This document shows, one piece after another, positions 26,501 to 40,487 of a stretch of 64,000 bases of DNA. The notes beneath the pieces were generated by a model. It was given only the letters and a program-made list of their open reading frames with translations. It ran no database searches and was not told the origin of the DNA. Source of the stretch: Malacoraja senta (Eukaryota). Position 1 is the stretch's first letter. Each line of letters starts with the position of its first letter. The stretch spans positions 62,001 to 126,000 of the forward strand of contig JAXLNO010001818.1 of NCBI GenBank assembly GCA_038087875.1, in the 5' to 3' direction. The position numbers and the translations under genes were made by a program.

Positions 26501-26591
26501 CGTACGCCTCAAGTCACCACGTTAGGTCACGCTAGACGCGTGCAGACGCATGCTGGTGGGACGGGCCCTTTAGTTTTATCTTTCTACTCAC

Positions 26592-26723
26592 CTTTATATG
26601 CCGCAAGTTTAGAAACATCAATGCCAGTGCCAGCAACGCCACAATCAGGAATCGTCCGACATTAGTGTTTATTTTTGTAGCTTGTTTGTCCATGTTGGAG
26701 TTCCCCCGCACTCCCGTGTACAT
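26592..26723 (-). CDS. nxpe3: NXPE3-like gene, first coding exon: type II signal anchor
   Basis: Acceptor tttttttagttgtag|ATG at 26723. A second ATG in good Kozak context (aacATGG) at 26693 gives MDKQATKINTNVGRFLIVALLALALMFLNLRHIK. The donor AAG|gtgagt is phase 0, matching the phase-0 acceptor at 19969. Confidence 0.85.
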
Positions 26724-27640
26724 CTACAACTAAAAAAACAATTAAGAGCTCGAGAGTTTCCGCCCGTGGCTTCACACGTTAACTTTACAAAATGACAGTG
26801 CGAGTAAAACTGTGGCAAAGGACTGGAGGAGTATCTTTGGTATGAAGTTAGTTACGTTTCGTATGTAATTGTCTCTTCACTGCGTTAAGTACAGTGTTCT
26901 GTTAGAAACTGGTCACCCGTCGCGTTACATGATTTCTGCTGAAGCTCTCAAGTTTTGCACTTGGTTCCATTGTCAATATAATCTAATATTCTGGTCCCTG
27001 AACCCATGAAGACCCCGGGTAAAACATCCGCACGCAACCTCCGCCCGTCATTGGATTTATTGATCAACCTGTGATATTGATTTCGCGTTACGCCATTCAT
27101 CGTGAAAGTCAATCTATGATCTGCCCCGTGCTTTAAATATATTTGTCGGAAACACATGAAATAATAGTTCTATGAATCAGCCCTCCATCGAACAGTTTAC
27201 GTCCGAGAGTTCAAAGTTATCTGGCGGCATCTCTGGAGAACATCGATAAGATGGAGTTTGTCGTCGAGTCCCTTCTTCACACTGATTGTGGTGGTTGGAG
27301 AGGTTGTGGTGATGGTTGGTCGGATATACCGTTTCTAGGGGCACCAATATCTACCAAAGATACTAATATCTACCCCTAAAAAAAAACCTCCACGCCACAC
27401 TCAGTCTGTAGAAGGGTCCCGACCAGATTCATCGCCTATCCAAGTTCTCCAGAGATGCTGCCTGCCTGACCCGCTGAGTTACTCCAGCACTTCGTGTCTT
27501 TTTCTTTGTCAACCAGCATCTGTGGTTCCTTGTATCTGCTTTTATCGCGAGGTAGTTTTCTCAGGCACGAACAGTTTATTTGATTCTAAAACATAATAAC
27601 ATAAACGAGTTCGCGACGGCGTTGAATTACCTGCGATTTG
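26700..27640 (-). promoter_or_regulatory. CpG-enriched, mostly unique region upstream of NXPE exon 1; candidate promoter or 5'UTR exons
   Basis: CG dinucleotides are visibly denser than in the AT-rich surroundings; CCGCCC boxes near 26760 and 27042; candidate non-coding exon 27631-27683 (ctgcag| ... CAG|gtaatt). CpG ratio not computed. Confidence 0.4.
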
Positions 27641-28139
27641 CAATTATTTTCTTTTCATTGATGTCGAGAAGCTTTGACATTATCTGCAGGAGACAGATTG
27701 CTGTTGATATTACCTGGTCACATTTAGCACGAATGAATGTTTGAAACATTGATTGAGAAGTCGTCTCCTCCCAGTTTCGCTGTCCTCCTTATCTAATGCC
27801 ACACCCATTCATTCTACACGCACTCCTGTTCCGTGTGCAACAAGTCATCAGACCCTTCATCAGACGAAATAAACTTTGCACTTATTTTTATAAAAATTAA
27901 AGTATTCAGTAAAAGTTATTTTGTTTGGCCATTGACATCATGAACAGCACGGAGTAAAACTGTGTCTTGAACTTCTATGAGAACATTTCTGACTTCCTCC
28001 TCAAGAGGTGAAAGGCAAGAACAATAATAAAAAATATATGAAAAGCAGGACATCAGTGTTCACAATGAGAAAAACGAATTAATGGTGGTGCAAGAAGTGG
28101 TCCGAAATGTTCCGTTGCCAAGTCAGGATTAGGGTTATG

Positions 28140-29810
28140 CAGGTTGGTTCAAACACCTGAAAGTTGTGGGAAAGTAGCTGGTTTGAAGCTGGTTGTGTGA
28201 GCCTTCAGCCTGTCGGAAGCAGTAAGAAGTGGACATGGACGATGACAGATGGCACATACTTGAGATGATTCATATAGATACTTTCTATGGTGAGATGTGT
28301 TGTTCCACTGATAGATCGGGATGAGGTCACCACCCTCTGCAGCCTCCTGTGTTGGAATTGCCACACAATACAATTACGCCATCAGTCAAGGTGCTTTCTC
28401 AGTATATTATGCTGAATCTCTTTAAACCAAAGAAAGTTTAAGGTGATCAGAGAGTGAGACAAAATTGACTTTTCAGGTCAAGGACTCTTCATTGGAATGG
28501 AAAAAAAAAAGAAACCAATTTTAAAAGTCTCTTTCCCAAAGAACATCTTGAAAGGGGCTGCACAATGGATTGATCACCCTTAAAGATGGCCACAATCTCT
28601 TTCAAGTGATTGCTGGGATCAGCGCCAGACTTAATGATACAGTTAAAAGATATCTAGTTGTGTAAGAGAGTACAGAGGTTATGCCATTTTATGTCAAAAT
28701 AATAAATTAGTCAAATTCAGATTAGTTAATGGTTATATATATATAGGTTGCAATTCATTTCCTTATTCAGATGAAGTTTACACAGCAAGCAGGAAATGGC
28801 AATGATAGATACACCTATAAATACAACAACAAATGCAAATCAGCAGAATCGAATACAATACGTTTTATTGTCATTGCACAGCAACTGTACAACGAAATTT
28901 CAGTGCATCTCCTTCAGTTGTATACAATAAAAGACAGGATAAAAAGATTTAAAAGTACAAAAACACATTAACTCTCATATTACCAGCAAGACCTCAGGAA
29001 ATATAGCCGCTGCTGTGACTTCTTTACAAGAATGATGGTGTTCACTGTGAGGTCCTGGGAGATGGTGTTCACTGTGAGGTCCATGTGAGGTCCTGGGAGA
29101 TGTATGTACCCAGGAACTTAAAGCCAGTGACTCTCTCCACCATGTCTCCTTTGATCTAGAGAGGAGCAGGTTCCTCTCTCCTCCTCCTGAAGTCAATAAC
29201 CAGTTCTTTTGTTTTGGTTGAGTTGAGTACCAGGTTATTGTTAGTGCACCAGACAGTCAGTTTTTGGACTTCATCTCTGTAGACTCGTCGTTGTTATTTA
29301 TCAGCCCCACCACAGTCGTGTCATCTGCAAACTTAATGATCCGGTTTGTGCTCTGTGTTGGTGTGCAGTCATGGGTGTATATTGTTTAGAGAATAGGACT
29401 CAGCACACAACCTTGTGGCGCTCCTGTGCTGAGCGTCAGGACTGGGGAGTGATTGGACCCCATCCTGACAGTCTGTGGGCGATCTGTTAATAAGTCCTTG
29501 ATCCATCTGCATGTGTTGGCATTTACACCCAGTTTGTCCACCATTCTGCTGGGGATGATGGTATTGAATGCAGAACTAAAATCTACAAACAACATCCTCA
29601 CATATGAGCTGGGGCGCTCCAGGTGAGTCAGTGCAGAATGTAGAGCTATGTTGATGGCGTCCTCTGTTGACCTGTTAGCTCTGTATGCAAACTGATGCTG
29701 ATCCAGGGTGGATGGGAGTGAGGATTTAATGTGGGCCAGGACCAGCCTCTCAAAACACTTCATCACAGTTGAAGTAAGAGCAACAGTTGAAGTAAGAGCA
29801 ACAGGATACC
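28140..29810 (-). mobile_element. Rex1/Babar-type LINE fragments (about 28140-28400 and 28840-29810)
   Basis: ORF 29386..29838: [33 protein letters not shown] and [11 protein letters not shown]. Confidence 0.85.
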
Positions 29811-29829
29811 AAGTTAAACTAAGGCAACA

Positions 29830-30120
29830 CAGAGGCACTGTGATAGAGTGGCTGTCTTACAGCATTAGAGACCCGGGTTCGAGCCTGACTAGAGTGCTGT
29901 CTGGATGGAGTTTGTACATTCTCTCTGTCACCCTGTGGGTTTTCTCTGGGGGCTCCGGTTTCCTCCCAAATACAAAAGACGTGCAGGTTTGTAGGTTAAT
30001 TCGCTTCTGTAAATTGTCCCTAGCTTGAAGGACAGAAATAGTGAATGGACAATTGCTGGTCCGTGTGGACTCAGTGGCCCAAAGTTCCTGTTTCCATACT
30101 CTATCTCTAAACTAAACCAA
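29830..30120 (+). mobile_element. tRNA-derived V-SINE (HE1/HER1-like)
   Basis: tRNA-like head with B box (gggttcgag), V-domain gagtttgtacattctc...ggtttcctccca, and a (ctaaa)n tail. Confidence 0.85.
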
Positions 30121-30419
30121 AACTAATCTCCACTGCCTGCATGTGATCCATATCCTTGTATTCCCTGCATACCCACGAGCCTGTCCAAAACCTTCTTAAG
30201 CACCATTATCATGTCCTCCTCTACCACCACTCCTGGTAGCGCATTCTAGGTATCAAGCTCTCTCTGTGAAAAAAAACACTTGACCTGCACATCTCGTGTA
30301 AATTTTGCCCTTCGAAGCTTAACGCTGTGCTCTTTTGAAATGTGTGATAGACATGCAATCCCATTAGGGGCTGTCAACTGTGGTCAATAAAATCCATGGT
30401 TAACTACTATGAAAGACAT

Positions 30420-32420
30420 CAATTACACTTTCTCCCTGTCAAACAGGGATGTAATGCTGAGGTTCTATAAGGTGCCAGTCAAACCACATTTGGAGCATTG
30501 TGAGCAATTTTGGGCACCATATCTGAGGAAGGATGTGCTGGCTCTAGAGAGGGTCCAGAGGAGGTGTACAAGAATGATCACAGGAATGAATGGGTTAACA
30601 TATGATGACCATTTGATGGCAGTGGGCCTGTACTTGCTGGAGTTTAGAAGAATAAAGGGGGGACCTCATTGAATCATACAAAATAGTGAAAGTCTGTTTG
30701 CCTTTTGAAATTGGTTTGATTATGTTTTCTCCCACAAAATTGCATTAAAAAACCTATAGTGAAAATCCTATAATATATAGTGGTATACGAATTTGGAAAC
30801 AATTAAAAAAGACTTTAAAATTGGATAATTTATCACTCTGTCTCCCCATTATAAACAACCCTTTATTCAAACCCTCCATGTTGGATAAAGGCTTTACACA
30901 ATGGAAAAATTATGGAATTAAAAAGATTGGTCATCTTTATAGGAAAGGCACTTTTCTTTCATTTCAGGAGTTACAACAGATTTACGGACTACACTCAAAT
31001 AACTTTTTCAGATATTTACAACTTAAAGATTACATTAAATCAAATACACAAGATTACAGAACTAGGGAACCAGAAATCCTTGATGAATGTTTGAATAAAC
31101 ATCCTAATACAGAAAAATTAATATCTCATATTTATAATACCCTCTTAGATAGTGAGGTCTCGACGACGGATTTATATAGACACACATGGGAAAATGAATT
31201 AGGCCAACCCATAACGAAAGATATTTGGGACAAAAGTCTACAATATATACATCAATGCTCGTTAAATGCCAGACATGCCTTAATACAATTTAAAGTATTA
31301 CATAGATTACATTATTCTTAAACAAAATTAAATAGAATCTTCCCACATATCTCTCCTATTTGTGATAAATGCCAGCATTTAGAGGCTAACTTAACTCATA
31401 CCTTTGTAAATTGTATAAAAATCAAAAATTTCTGGAAGGACATTTTCAGAATAATTTCTGAAGTAGTCAATACCCAATTGGATCCCGACTCAAAATGAAT
31501 AATATTAGGAATGTCAGAACAAAGCCTAAGACTTACAATAAACCAAAGAAACTTTCTTGATTATAGTATAATAATTGGGAAAAAATTAATATTAAAATTT
31601 TGGAAAGGTCCTATAACCCCCACAATCAAAATGTGGATTATGGAAATGTCAGAGACCTTACATTTGGAAAGAACTAGACTTGTCTTAATAGACAAACTTG
31701 AATTATTTAATAGAATAAGGTCTCTATTTATTCATTTTTTGAAAGGGTAAATTGGTTCAGCACAGGAATCTGACTGAAATCCAAGCTCAGGATTAGAAGA
31801 ATAGTTATGTTTTATAACCTACGGACCTATCTCCAAAGTTGTATTATTGGTAAATTATTCCATTCTTCTTTATCATGCCTTTTTTTAAATTTCTCACTTT
31901 CTATCTATAAAACAAAACTAAATAGAAGCAGATTTAATATACAATTGATAAATGAGGACCACTATTATTTTGATAGCTGGATTCCCACCTATTAGCAAAG
32001 TAGGATTGATATATAAGAAATGTTTGTATTATGATATGCACATGCTTCTAATAAAAATATATATATTTTTTAAAACAAATAGTGAAAGGCTTAGATAGAT
32101 GTGGATGTGGAGAGGATGTCTCCAATGGTGGGAGAGTCTACGACGAGAGGTCATAGTCTCAATATTAAAGGACATTCCTTTAGGAAAGAGATGAGGAGGA
32201 ATTTATTTTGTCAGAGGGTGGTGATTCTGTGGAATTATTTGCCACAGAAGGCTGTGGAGTCCGTCAATGGATATTTTTAATTCTTGATTAGTATGCAGGT
32301 CAGGGGTTATGGGGAGAAGGCAGGAGAATGGGGTTAGGAGGGAGAGATAGATCAGCCATGATTGACTGGCGAAGTCGACTTGATGGGCCGAATGTTCTAA
32401 TGCTGCTGCCATCACTTATG
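30420..32420 (+). mobile_element. CR1 3' fragment split by an L1 insertion
   Basis: ORF 30409..30672 (EQFWAPYLRKDV) resumes after 32088 (gcttagatagat...). Confidence 0.85.
30693..32076 (+). mobile_element. 5'-truncated L1/Tx1-type fragment (ORF2 C-terminus with stops, plus 3'UTR)
   Basis: ORFs 30821..31321 and 31511..31750 are homologous to the C-terminus of 3053..6816; 12-bp TSD AAATAGTGAAAG (30681-30692, 32077-32088). Confidence 0.9.
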
Positions 32421-32717
32421 ACCTTATGACTCAGTTGGCTTCCTCCATGTGCTCCAGTTTTGTCCAATATACCAAAGACGTGCCAGTGAGTTAGTTGGAC
32501 ATTGCAAATTATCCGCCGTGGAGCTGAATGCAAGGAGAATCCAAGGGAGCTGAGTGCAAGTTGTGAGAGAGAGCTGTGGAACAGTTTGTCGACATTGCGT
32601 AGAAAACTAGCATAGAATCAATGGGCCGAATGACCTTTCCCTCTGTCATGAATGGGTCAGAGATAATATTACTCATTGCCTACCATTACAAAACAACATC
32701 CTTTGTTCTGAACTCAC

Positions 32718-32993
32718 CTTTTCTGGTCAGGTATGTCTTTCCAATTGCATAGTATGTAAGCCATAGATCCACACAGTCATGTTCTAACAAGCTCTTGAAA
32801 TAACGGTTCATTTTTTCATTCTTGTCCCATTTCTCTTTGAAGGGCTCAGCTATTGGATCATGCACCGTCCACTTTAATTTGTCCTTATCAAAACTAAATG
32901 CATAACTTCCATCAAAAGCCAACTTCAATATCCCTACAGTGGGACTGTGATCGTTCACCTCACAACCAAACTGTCCTTGAACGTCGTGATAAT
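32718..32993 (-). CDS. MHC class I-like alpha2 exon (276 bp)
   Basis: Acceptor ttttatttttatttcag|AT and donor AAA G|gtgagt, phase 1 at both ends. Encodes YHDVQGQFGCEV...AFDG..FSFD...W...KEKWD...LEHDCVDLWLTYYAIG. The two Cys are 63 residues apart, as for C101-C164. Confidence 0.93.
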
Positions 32994-33129
32994 CTGAAAT
33001 AAAAATAAAAATCATTATTTGATTAATTGTTATGACTGGGTAATTTCTGAACACCAGGGTCCAAGTCATTTATATATGTCACAAGTAGCAAGGGTCACAG
33101 CACGGATCCCTGCAGAACTCTACTTGTCA

Positions 33130-33605
33130 CTGAACTACAGCCTGAATATTTGGCCTTCCGTACAACTGTAGAGACCATATTATTGTACGGGTGTGAGGCA
33201 TGGACTCTCACTCCAGCACTGTCCTAGTCTCTCGATGGTACCTACACCCGAATGCTCGGAAAAGTTCAAAATGTCAGATGGAGGGACCACATCACCAACG
33301 CCCAGCTCTATGGGGAGAATCCACCTCTGACCGAGAAGATCACGTTGAGAAGGATGAGGCTCGCAGGTCACTGGCTCCGCCACCCAGAAATGCCAGCAAA
33401 CAAGGTTGTGCTGTGGGAACCCACCCATGGAAGACTTGACCCAGGACGGCCAATCAAGATGATGCAGAAGACGTTGATGGAAGACGCATGTGTAGAGATA
33501 AAAGAGGAGCTTGCCAGTTGCATGGAGGAGAGATGTGTGGTGCGTCCGTCACCGTGCCCATCGGAAACCAGCACGGCACTAATGTTTTCAACGATTATTA
33601 TTATC
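33130..33605 (+). mobile_element. RTE-clade LINE 3' fragment
   Basis: VETILLYGCEAWTL...YTRML...W..HITNAQLY...RRMRLAGH..RH...LWEP..GRP, followed by an (att)n tail. Confidence 0.85.
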
Positions 33606-33729
33606 ATCCACTACACCCCTCTATCCTGGGGATTTATCCACATTTCTCTTCAAGTGATCCAACATCTCCTTCTTGCTTAACTTCAAAGTGTCCCTGCATG
33701 TTAGCATTCTCCACATTGATTCTCCATGT

Positions 33730-34625
33730 GTAAGAAAGAACTGCAGATGCTGCAGATGTTAAAATCGTAGAGACACACAAAATGCTGGCGTAACTCAGCG
33801 GGTCAGGCAGCTTCCCTGGAGAGAAGGAATGGGCATTGTTTTGGGTCGAGACCCTTCTTCAGACTGATGTCAGGGGAGGGACAAAGATAGAATGTCGGCG
33901 GAGACAGTAAGACTGGTGGCAGAATTGGGAAGGGGGAGGGGATGGAGAGAGAAATCAAGGGCTATCGAAAGTAATAGAAGTCAATGTTCATACCGCTGGA
34001 GTATACACTACCCAAGCAAAATATGAGGTGCTGTTCCTCCAATTTGGGCTGGGCCTCACTCTGACAATGGAGGAGGCCCAGGACAGAAAGGTCAGATTGG
34101 GAATGGGAGGGGGAGTTGAAGTGCTGAGCCACCGGGAGATCGGGTAGGGTAAGACGGACTGAGGGGAAGTGTTCAACAAAACGATCGCCGAGCCTGCGCT
34201 TGGTCTCACTGATGTAGAGAAGTTGACAACTGAAACAGCGGATACAGTAGATGAGGTTGGAAGAGGTGCAAGTGAACTTCTGCCTCACCTGGAAAGACTT
34301 TAGGTCCTTGGACGGAGTCGAGGGGGGGACATAAAGGGACAGGTGTTGCATCTCCTGCAGTTGCAGGAGAAAGTATCCGGGGAGCGGGTGGTTTGGGTGT
34401 GAAGGGACGAGTTGACCAGGGAGTTTCGGAGGGAACGGTCTCTGCGGAAAGCAGAAACGGGTGGAGATGGGAAGATGTGATCAGTAGTGGGATCCCGTTG
34501 GAGGTGGCAAAAATGTTGGAGGATTTTATGATGTACTTACTATTAATGGTCCTTACTATTCTACATGTCTTCCTTGGTGAAACCAAACCTCGCCAAACTC
34601 CAAGCACATATTCCCTTCTATATCC
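33730..34625 (-). mobile_element. Penelope-like element 3' part (GIY-YIG endonuclease remnant and pseudo-LTR)
   Basis: ORF 33962..34351: FTCTSSNLIYCIRC..CQLLYISETKRRLGDRFVEH...PVAQHFN. A hammerhead-like motif on the minus strand lies at about 33835-33865. Confidence 0.9.
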
Positions 34626-34779
34626 TTAAGCAATCCACCTTTTGCTGCAATGGTTGCCTCGCCAAAAGTCGTCTGTCCCTTCCTTCTTTGTGTCTGTTTT
34701 GTACGTGTTAAATGTATATTCTTTAGTGTTCTTTAGCTTGTTTTGGGGGTGGGGGTTGGGGGAGTTGTGGGAAACTTTT

Positions 34780-35335
34780 CCTAATCTCTTACCTCGACGT
34801 AGATGCGATATTTTCTGTATCGTATCTCCGTCCACAATGCGGCCTAACATTGATGAATGGCGGCCTTTGCTAGAGATCGACCGGGAGATCCATCGCAGGA
34901 GCCTGTGGACTTACCATCATGGAGCTCGCGATCCCTGTCGGGGATCGACTTTAGGGCTCCAACTGTGAGAGCCTGCAAGACTTTAACATCGCGGAGCCCG
35001 TGGTCTACGGTCGAGACCGACATCCGGGATCTCCAAGCCGCAAGAGTTTCGACCGCTCCGACGTGGGAGTTTCGATTCCTCAACGGGGGGTTTCGACCAC
35101 CGACTGCAGATTGTTTGATTGCCCCGACTGCGGGAGATAAAGAGGAAGGAGATTAGACTTTATTGCCTTCCATCACAGTAAGGAACGTGCGGGCTCCTCT
35201 GTTGTGGATGTTTATGTTAACTTTTATGTTATTGTGTGTCTTGTTGCTTTTTTTTAGTATGGTGTATGGTAGTCTGCATTTCAATGTACCTTAATTGGTA
35301 TATGTGACAATAAACTAACCATGAAACCATGAAAA
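34780..35335 (+). repeat. Unclassified non-autonomous interspersed repeat; related copy at about 37900-38390
   Basis: Both copies share GC-rich ggacttaccatc/cgatccc stretches, ttgccttcca.cacagt.a.gaa and a gtatatgtga..aataaa tail resembling Rex-type 3' ends. Confidence 0.55.
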
Positions 35336-35539
35336 AGATGTGGGATTTTCTGTAATCCGACTCACTAAAGCCACTTTGTGGCCTTTATTAGCCCCTTTAG
35401 TTTTAAGCTTTAGAGCAGTGGTTCTTAACCTTTTTGGCCCCACGACCCCATCAGGCATTCTTGATCAGTACCGTGACCTCTGAAACAAAATTTGAAAAAA
35501 AACAGCCCGATTTATTAAAACATGTCTGCCATTGCTCAG

Positions 35540-37300
<1,761 letters not shown>

Positions 37301-38619
37301 ACACTGTTTGTGCGTGTATACGCAGGGCCTCAGAGGAATTTTATCAGTGGGTACAAAGTTTATTTTGGGCCCCCTTCCCTTCTCCATTAGTCATCCTGTT
37401 TTTATCCACTATGCTACAGTTTTATGCCATGAGCTGTAGCCTGCACGGCAAAAAGGGGTACGGAAGATGAGAGAGGGGTGGAATGGGGCGCTCTGTTGAT
37501 TTTCTGCATTTGAGGCCTTATGTCCCTATACACCCTCCATGATAAATATAAATAAGTATAAATAACATAAAAGGATCAGAAAGCACATTTGTTTTCCTTC
37601 ACTCTATAGATGCTGCCTCACCCGTTGAGTTTCTCCAGCATTTTATCTACCTTTGTTGTGAACATCTTTGTTTATGCTACAATACAGATAAGGAGAAAGA
37701 ATTCACATTGAAACATCCTTTTATGTTTCAATGCAGATCATATCATCAAAAGACATAATTATTAGTAAAAAGTAAAAGTTTTACTTTTCTTATATAAATT
37801 TACTTTATATAAAGAGCTTTCCTGGCCTTTTTTGTGTGAAAAATGTCAAATCACAGCATGAAAATGTATTGTTCTGGCAATGTATGATTCAATACTATTG
37901 ATTCAATACGTTGACACCGTGGAGCTGTGGTCTGCGGAGCTTCTAGCCGCGGGCGTGGCGTGGACTTACCATCCGGATCCTGGGATCCCTTGCCGGGGAT
38001 CACCAGAGACGAGCTCGAACCGCTGGCCTGCGGCCTATAACATCCTGAAGCTGCGGTCTCCACTAGGAAAGTGCCGAGTCGGGACCTCCAAGCCGCAGAG
38101 TGTGTTTGTCCGTCCCAACGTCAGAGTTTGGATCATCCCGACGAGAGGGCCTTGTACATTGGTCCGTCCCTAGATGCAACTACGGAGGGGTTATGGCCCC
38201 GAACACAGGTGAACAAAGGAGGAGGACTGGCTGAAACTTGTTGCCTTCCACCACAGTGAAGAATGCTGTAGTGGATGTTTGTGTTCAATTTTATTGTGTA
38301 TTGTGTGTTCTTTTTACGTGTATCACTGCTGGCAAATTCACTTCACTGCACCTTCGGGTGTATGTGATGAATAAAACTGACTTTGAATACTTAGCCTGGC
38401 CAAATCCACAAGACATTCATGAGACAATGTCGACCTTAAATAATTCTTAATCAGCTTGAGTTTGCTAAATGACCTCTGCAGAAGCTACTGTTGCTGGAAT
38501 TGTTAATAGTATTCTGAAGCTAACACAAACATTTGGAAACAGGTTACCAAGTCAATAGTCTGTTAACAAGTTCAACAGATCTAATGGTTTTAACTTCATT
38601 TATAAAATTCACCCTCCCA

Positions 38620-38730
38620 CTAACACACACATACACTCAGACACACACTCACTCACCTACACCCACACACATCCACACACACACACACACACCCTCACCC
38701 ACTCACTCACACCCACCCATCCACACACTG
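38620..38730. repeat. Imperfect (CA)n microsatellite
   Basis: Directly visible. Confidence 0.9.
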
Positions 38731-39020
38731 ACCCAAACCCAGGCCCGGACCACTGAAACAGCCGCGGCTCCTGACTCTCACCACCTCCCCGGGCGAGGCC
38801 ACCGCAGCCACTGTCGCCGACCTTCACTGTCTTCAGAAAGCCAATGATGCTGCTGCCCATATCTCTACTCCAGCTCCCCACGGGCCTCCACCAGCGACTC
38901 TGCCGACCCTCGCCTCTCCACCGGCCACCAGTGGGCCAGAGCCATCACCTCACCAGAGTTCCCGGCATAGCACCAGGCCCACAACCTAAACCATGCAGAC
39001 AGCACATGGTCTGATTGCTG

Positions 39021-39500
39021 GTTCCTAGTGCTCCCCCCCCCCCCTCCTGCAGGGAAGACCCATCAGTATTGATGACTCTGCTGTGTCCTAGTGCTCTCCC
39101 CCCCCCCCTCCTGCAGGGAAGACCCATCAGTATTGATGACTCTGCTGTGTCCTAGTGCTCTCCCCCTACTCCTGCAGGGAAGACCCATCAGTAGTGATGA
39201 CTCTGCTGGGTCCTAGTGCTCTCCCCCCTCCTGCAGGGAAGACCCATCAGTAGTGATGACTGCTGGGTCCTAGTGCTCCCCCCCCTGCCCCCCCACACGG
39301 AAGACCCATCAGTAGTGATGACTCTGCTGGGTCCTAGTGCTCTCCCTCCTCCTACAGGGAGGATCCATCAGTAGTGATGACTCTGTTGGGTCCTAGTGCT
39401 CCCCCCCCACCTACACGGAAGACCCATCAGTAGTGATGACTCTGCTGGGTCCTAGTGCTCTCCCTCCTCCTACAGGGAGGATCCATCAGTAGTGATGGGT
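39021..39500. repeat. ~57-63 bp minisatellite, 8 units
   Basis: Unit tcctagtgctc(c)n tcctgcagggaagacccatcagtagtgatgactctgctggg. Confidence 0.93.
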
Positions 39501-39931
39501 CTTCCCCTTCCCCCTCTTTTAATCAGGTTACCCCGACCACACATCCGCTTGTGAAAATTCCCTGCTTTATTATGGATCACAATTTCTACGAATTACGATA
39601 TATAAAACTCTGAAGGCACAAAATGTGAATGCTAGTCATCACAAAATATATGCAAAAAATTTCTGAGATTTCAGGAAATTCCCGCCCCCCCCCCTTCCTT
39701 CAGCTCCCGGGCCCCTTTTGGACTCCGAGCCCGGGTACGATGTACCCCCTGCACCCCCCTCTCATAGGCCCCGTGTATACGTACGCGCATACGTGAATAA
39801 AAAACTGTGTGTGGTATGTACCTTTGTTAGGTTCCTAAAAATGGGCTCAACAAATTGATGTTCTTTACAACCCCTTCATGACCCCCGGAAAACCCCAAAC
39901 GACCCCCTTGGGGGTCACGACCCCCCCACTG

Positions 39932-40105
39932 CTTTGGAGATACAGTGCTGAAACAGGCCCTTCAGCCCATACTAGGGACAATTTACATTTACACCAAGCC
40001 AATTTACCTACATCTCAGAGAAAAGCCACACAGGTTACGGGGAGAACATGCAAACTCCGTACAGTCACCACTCGTAGTCAGGTTCAAACCAGGGTCTCTG
40101 GTGCT
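39932..40105 (-). mobile_element. V-SINE, interrupted in its tail by the hAT element
   Basis: Reverse complement of the V-domain (gggagaacatgcaaactccgtacag) and tRNA-like head. Confidence 0.8.
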
Positions 40106-40487
40106 GCAAGGCAGCAACTCGTGTAAGGCCACGATCTCTTGGCTTTGCTTATAGTTATTATCATGTTTTATCTTCTATTGTGTTCTTTTTGCTTATTGCA
40201 TATAAACAAATATAAAGCTGCACATAAGGTTGGATCTTTTCGAGGCCCGAGCTGACCCATCTTTTACCACAAAAGTGCTTCCTATATTTAGAGAAACATA
40301 GATATAATAAGGCTCACCCCTCATGGGCATTGAAGGCTTTCTCTAAAATATGGAGACCATTAAGCTGTTCACTGCCAAGTTTATTTTTCACTATTGGCCA
40401 TGACCCCTAGTGTACTCGGCGGTGGCATTGAACAGGTTAAAGATATCCAGTGATGTGTAGCTGCGCTACCTTTCCTTGATATTTTTA

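Larger units (their letters stand above)
24003..26569. mobile_element. PIF/Harbinger-type non-autonomous element (MITE) containing a CR1 insertion
   Basis: TIRs AGGGCCTGTCCCAC / GTGGGACGGGCCCT with extended subterminal complementarity; TTA TSD at 24000-24002 and 26570-26572. Related to 40488-41169. Confidence 0.85.

Noticed and set aside
25885-26665. Five overlapping 141-199 aa ORFs on both strands
   Set aside because: They are translations of the 20-bp GC-rich tandem repeat, which lacks stops; there is no evidence of coding function.
26948-27157. ORF with C...YLKHG resembling the end of an MHC alpha2 domain
   Set aside because: The Cys-Tyr spacing is 5 rather than 7, no other alpha2 motifs are present and there are no fitting splice sites; likely chance.
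39021-39500. GTGATGA in the minisatellite unit as a snoRNA C box or hammerhead core
   Set aside because: There is no D box (CTGA) at a suitable position and no CUGAnGA/GAAA pair on either strand.
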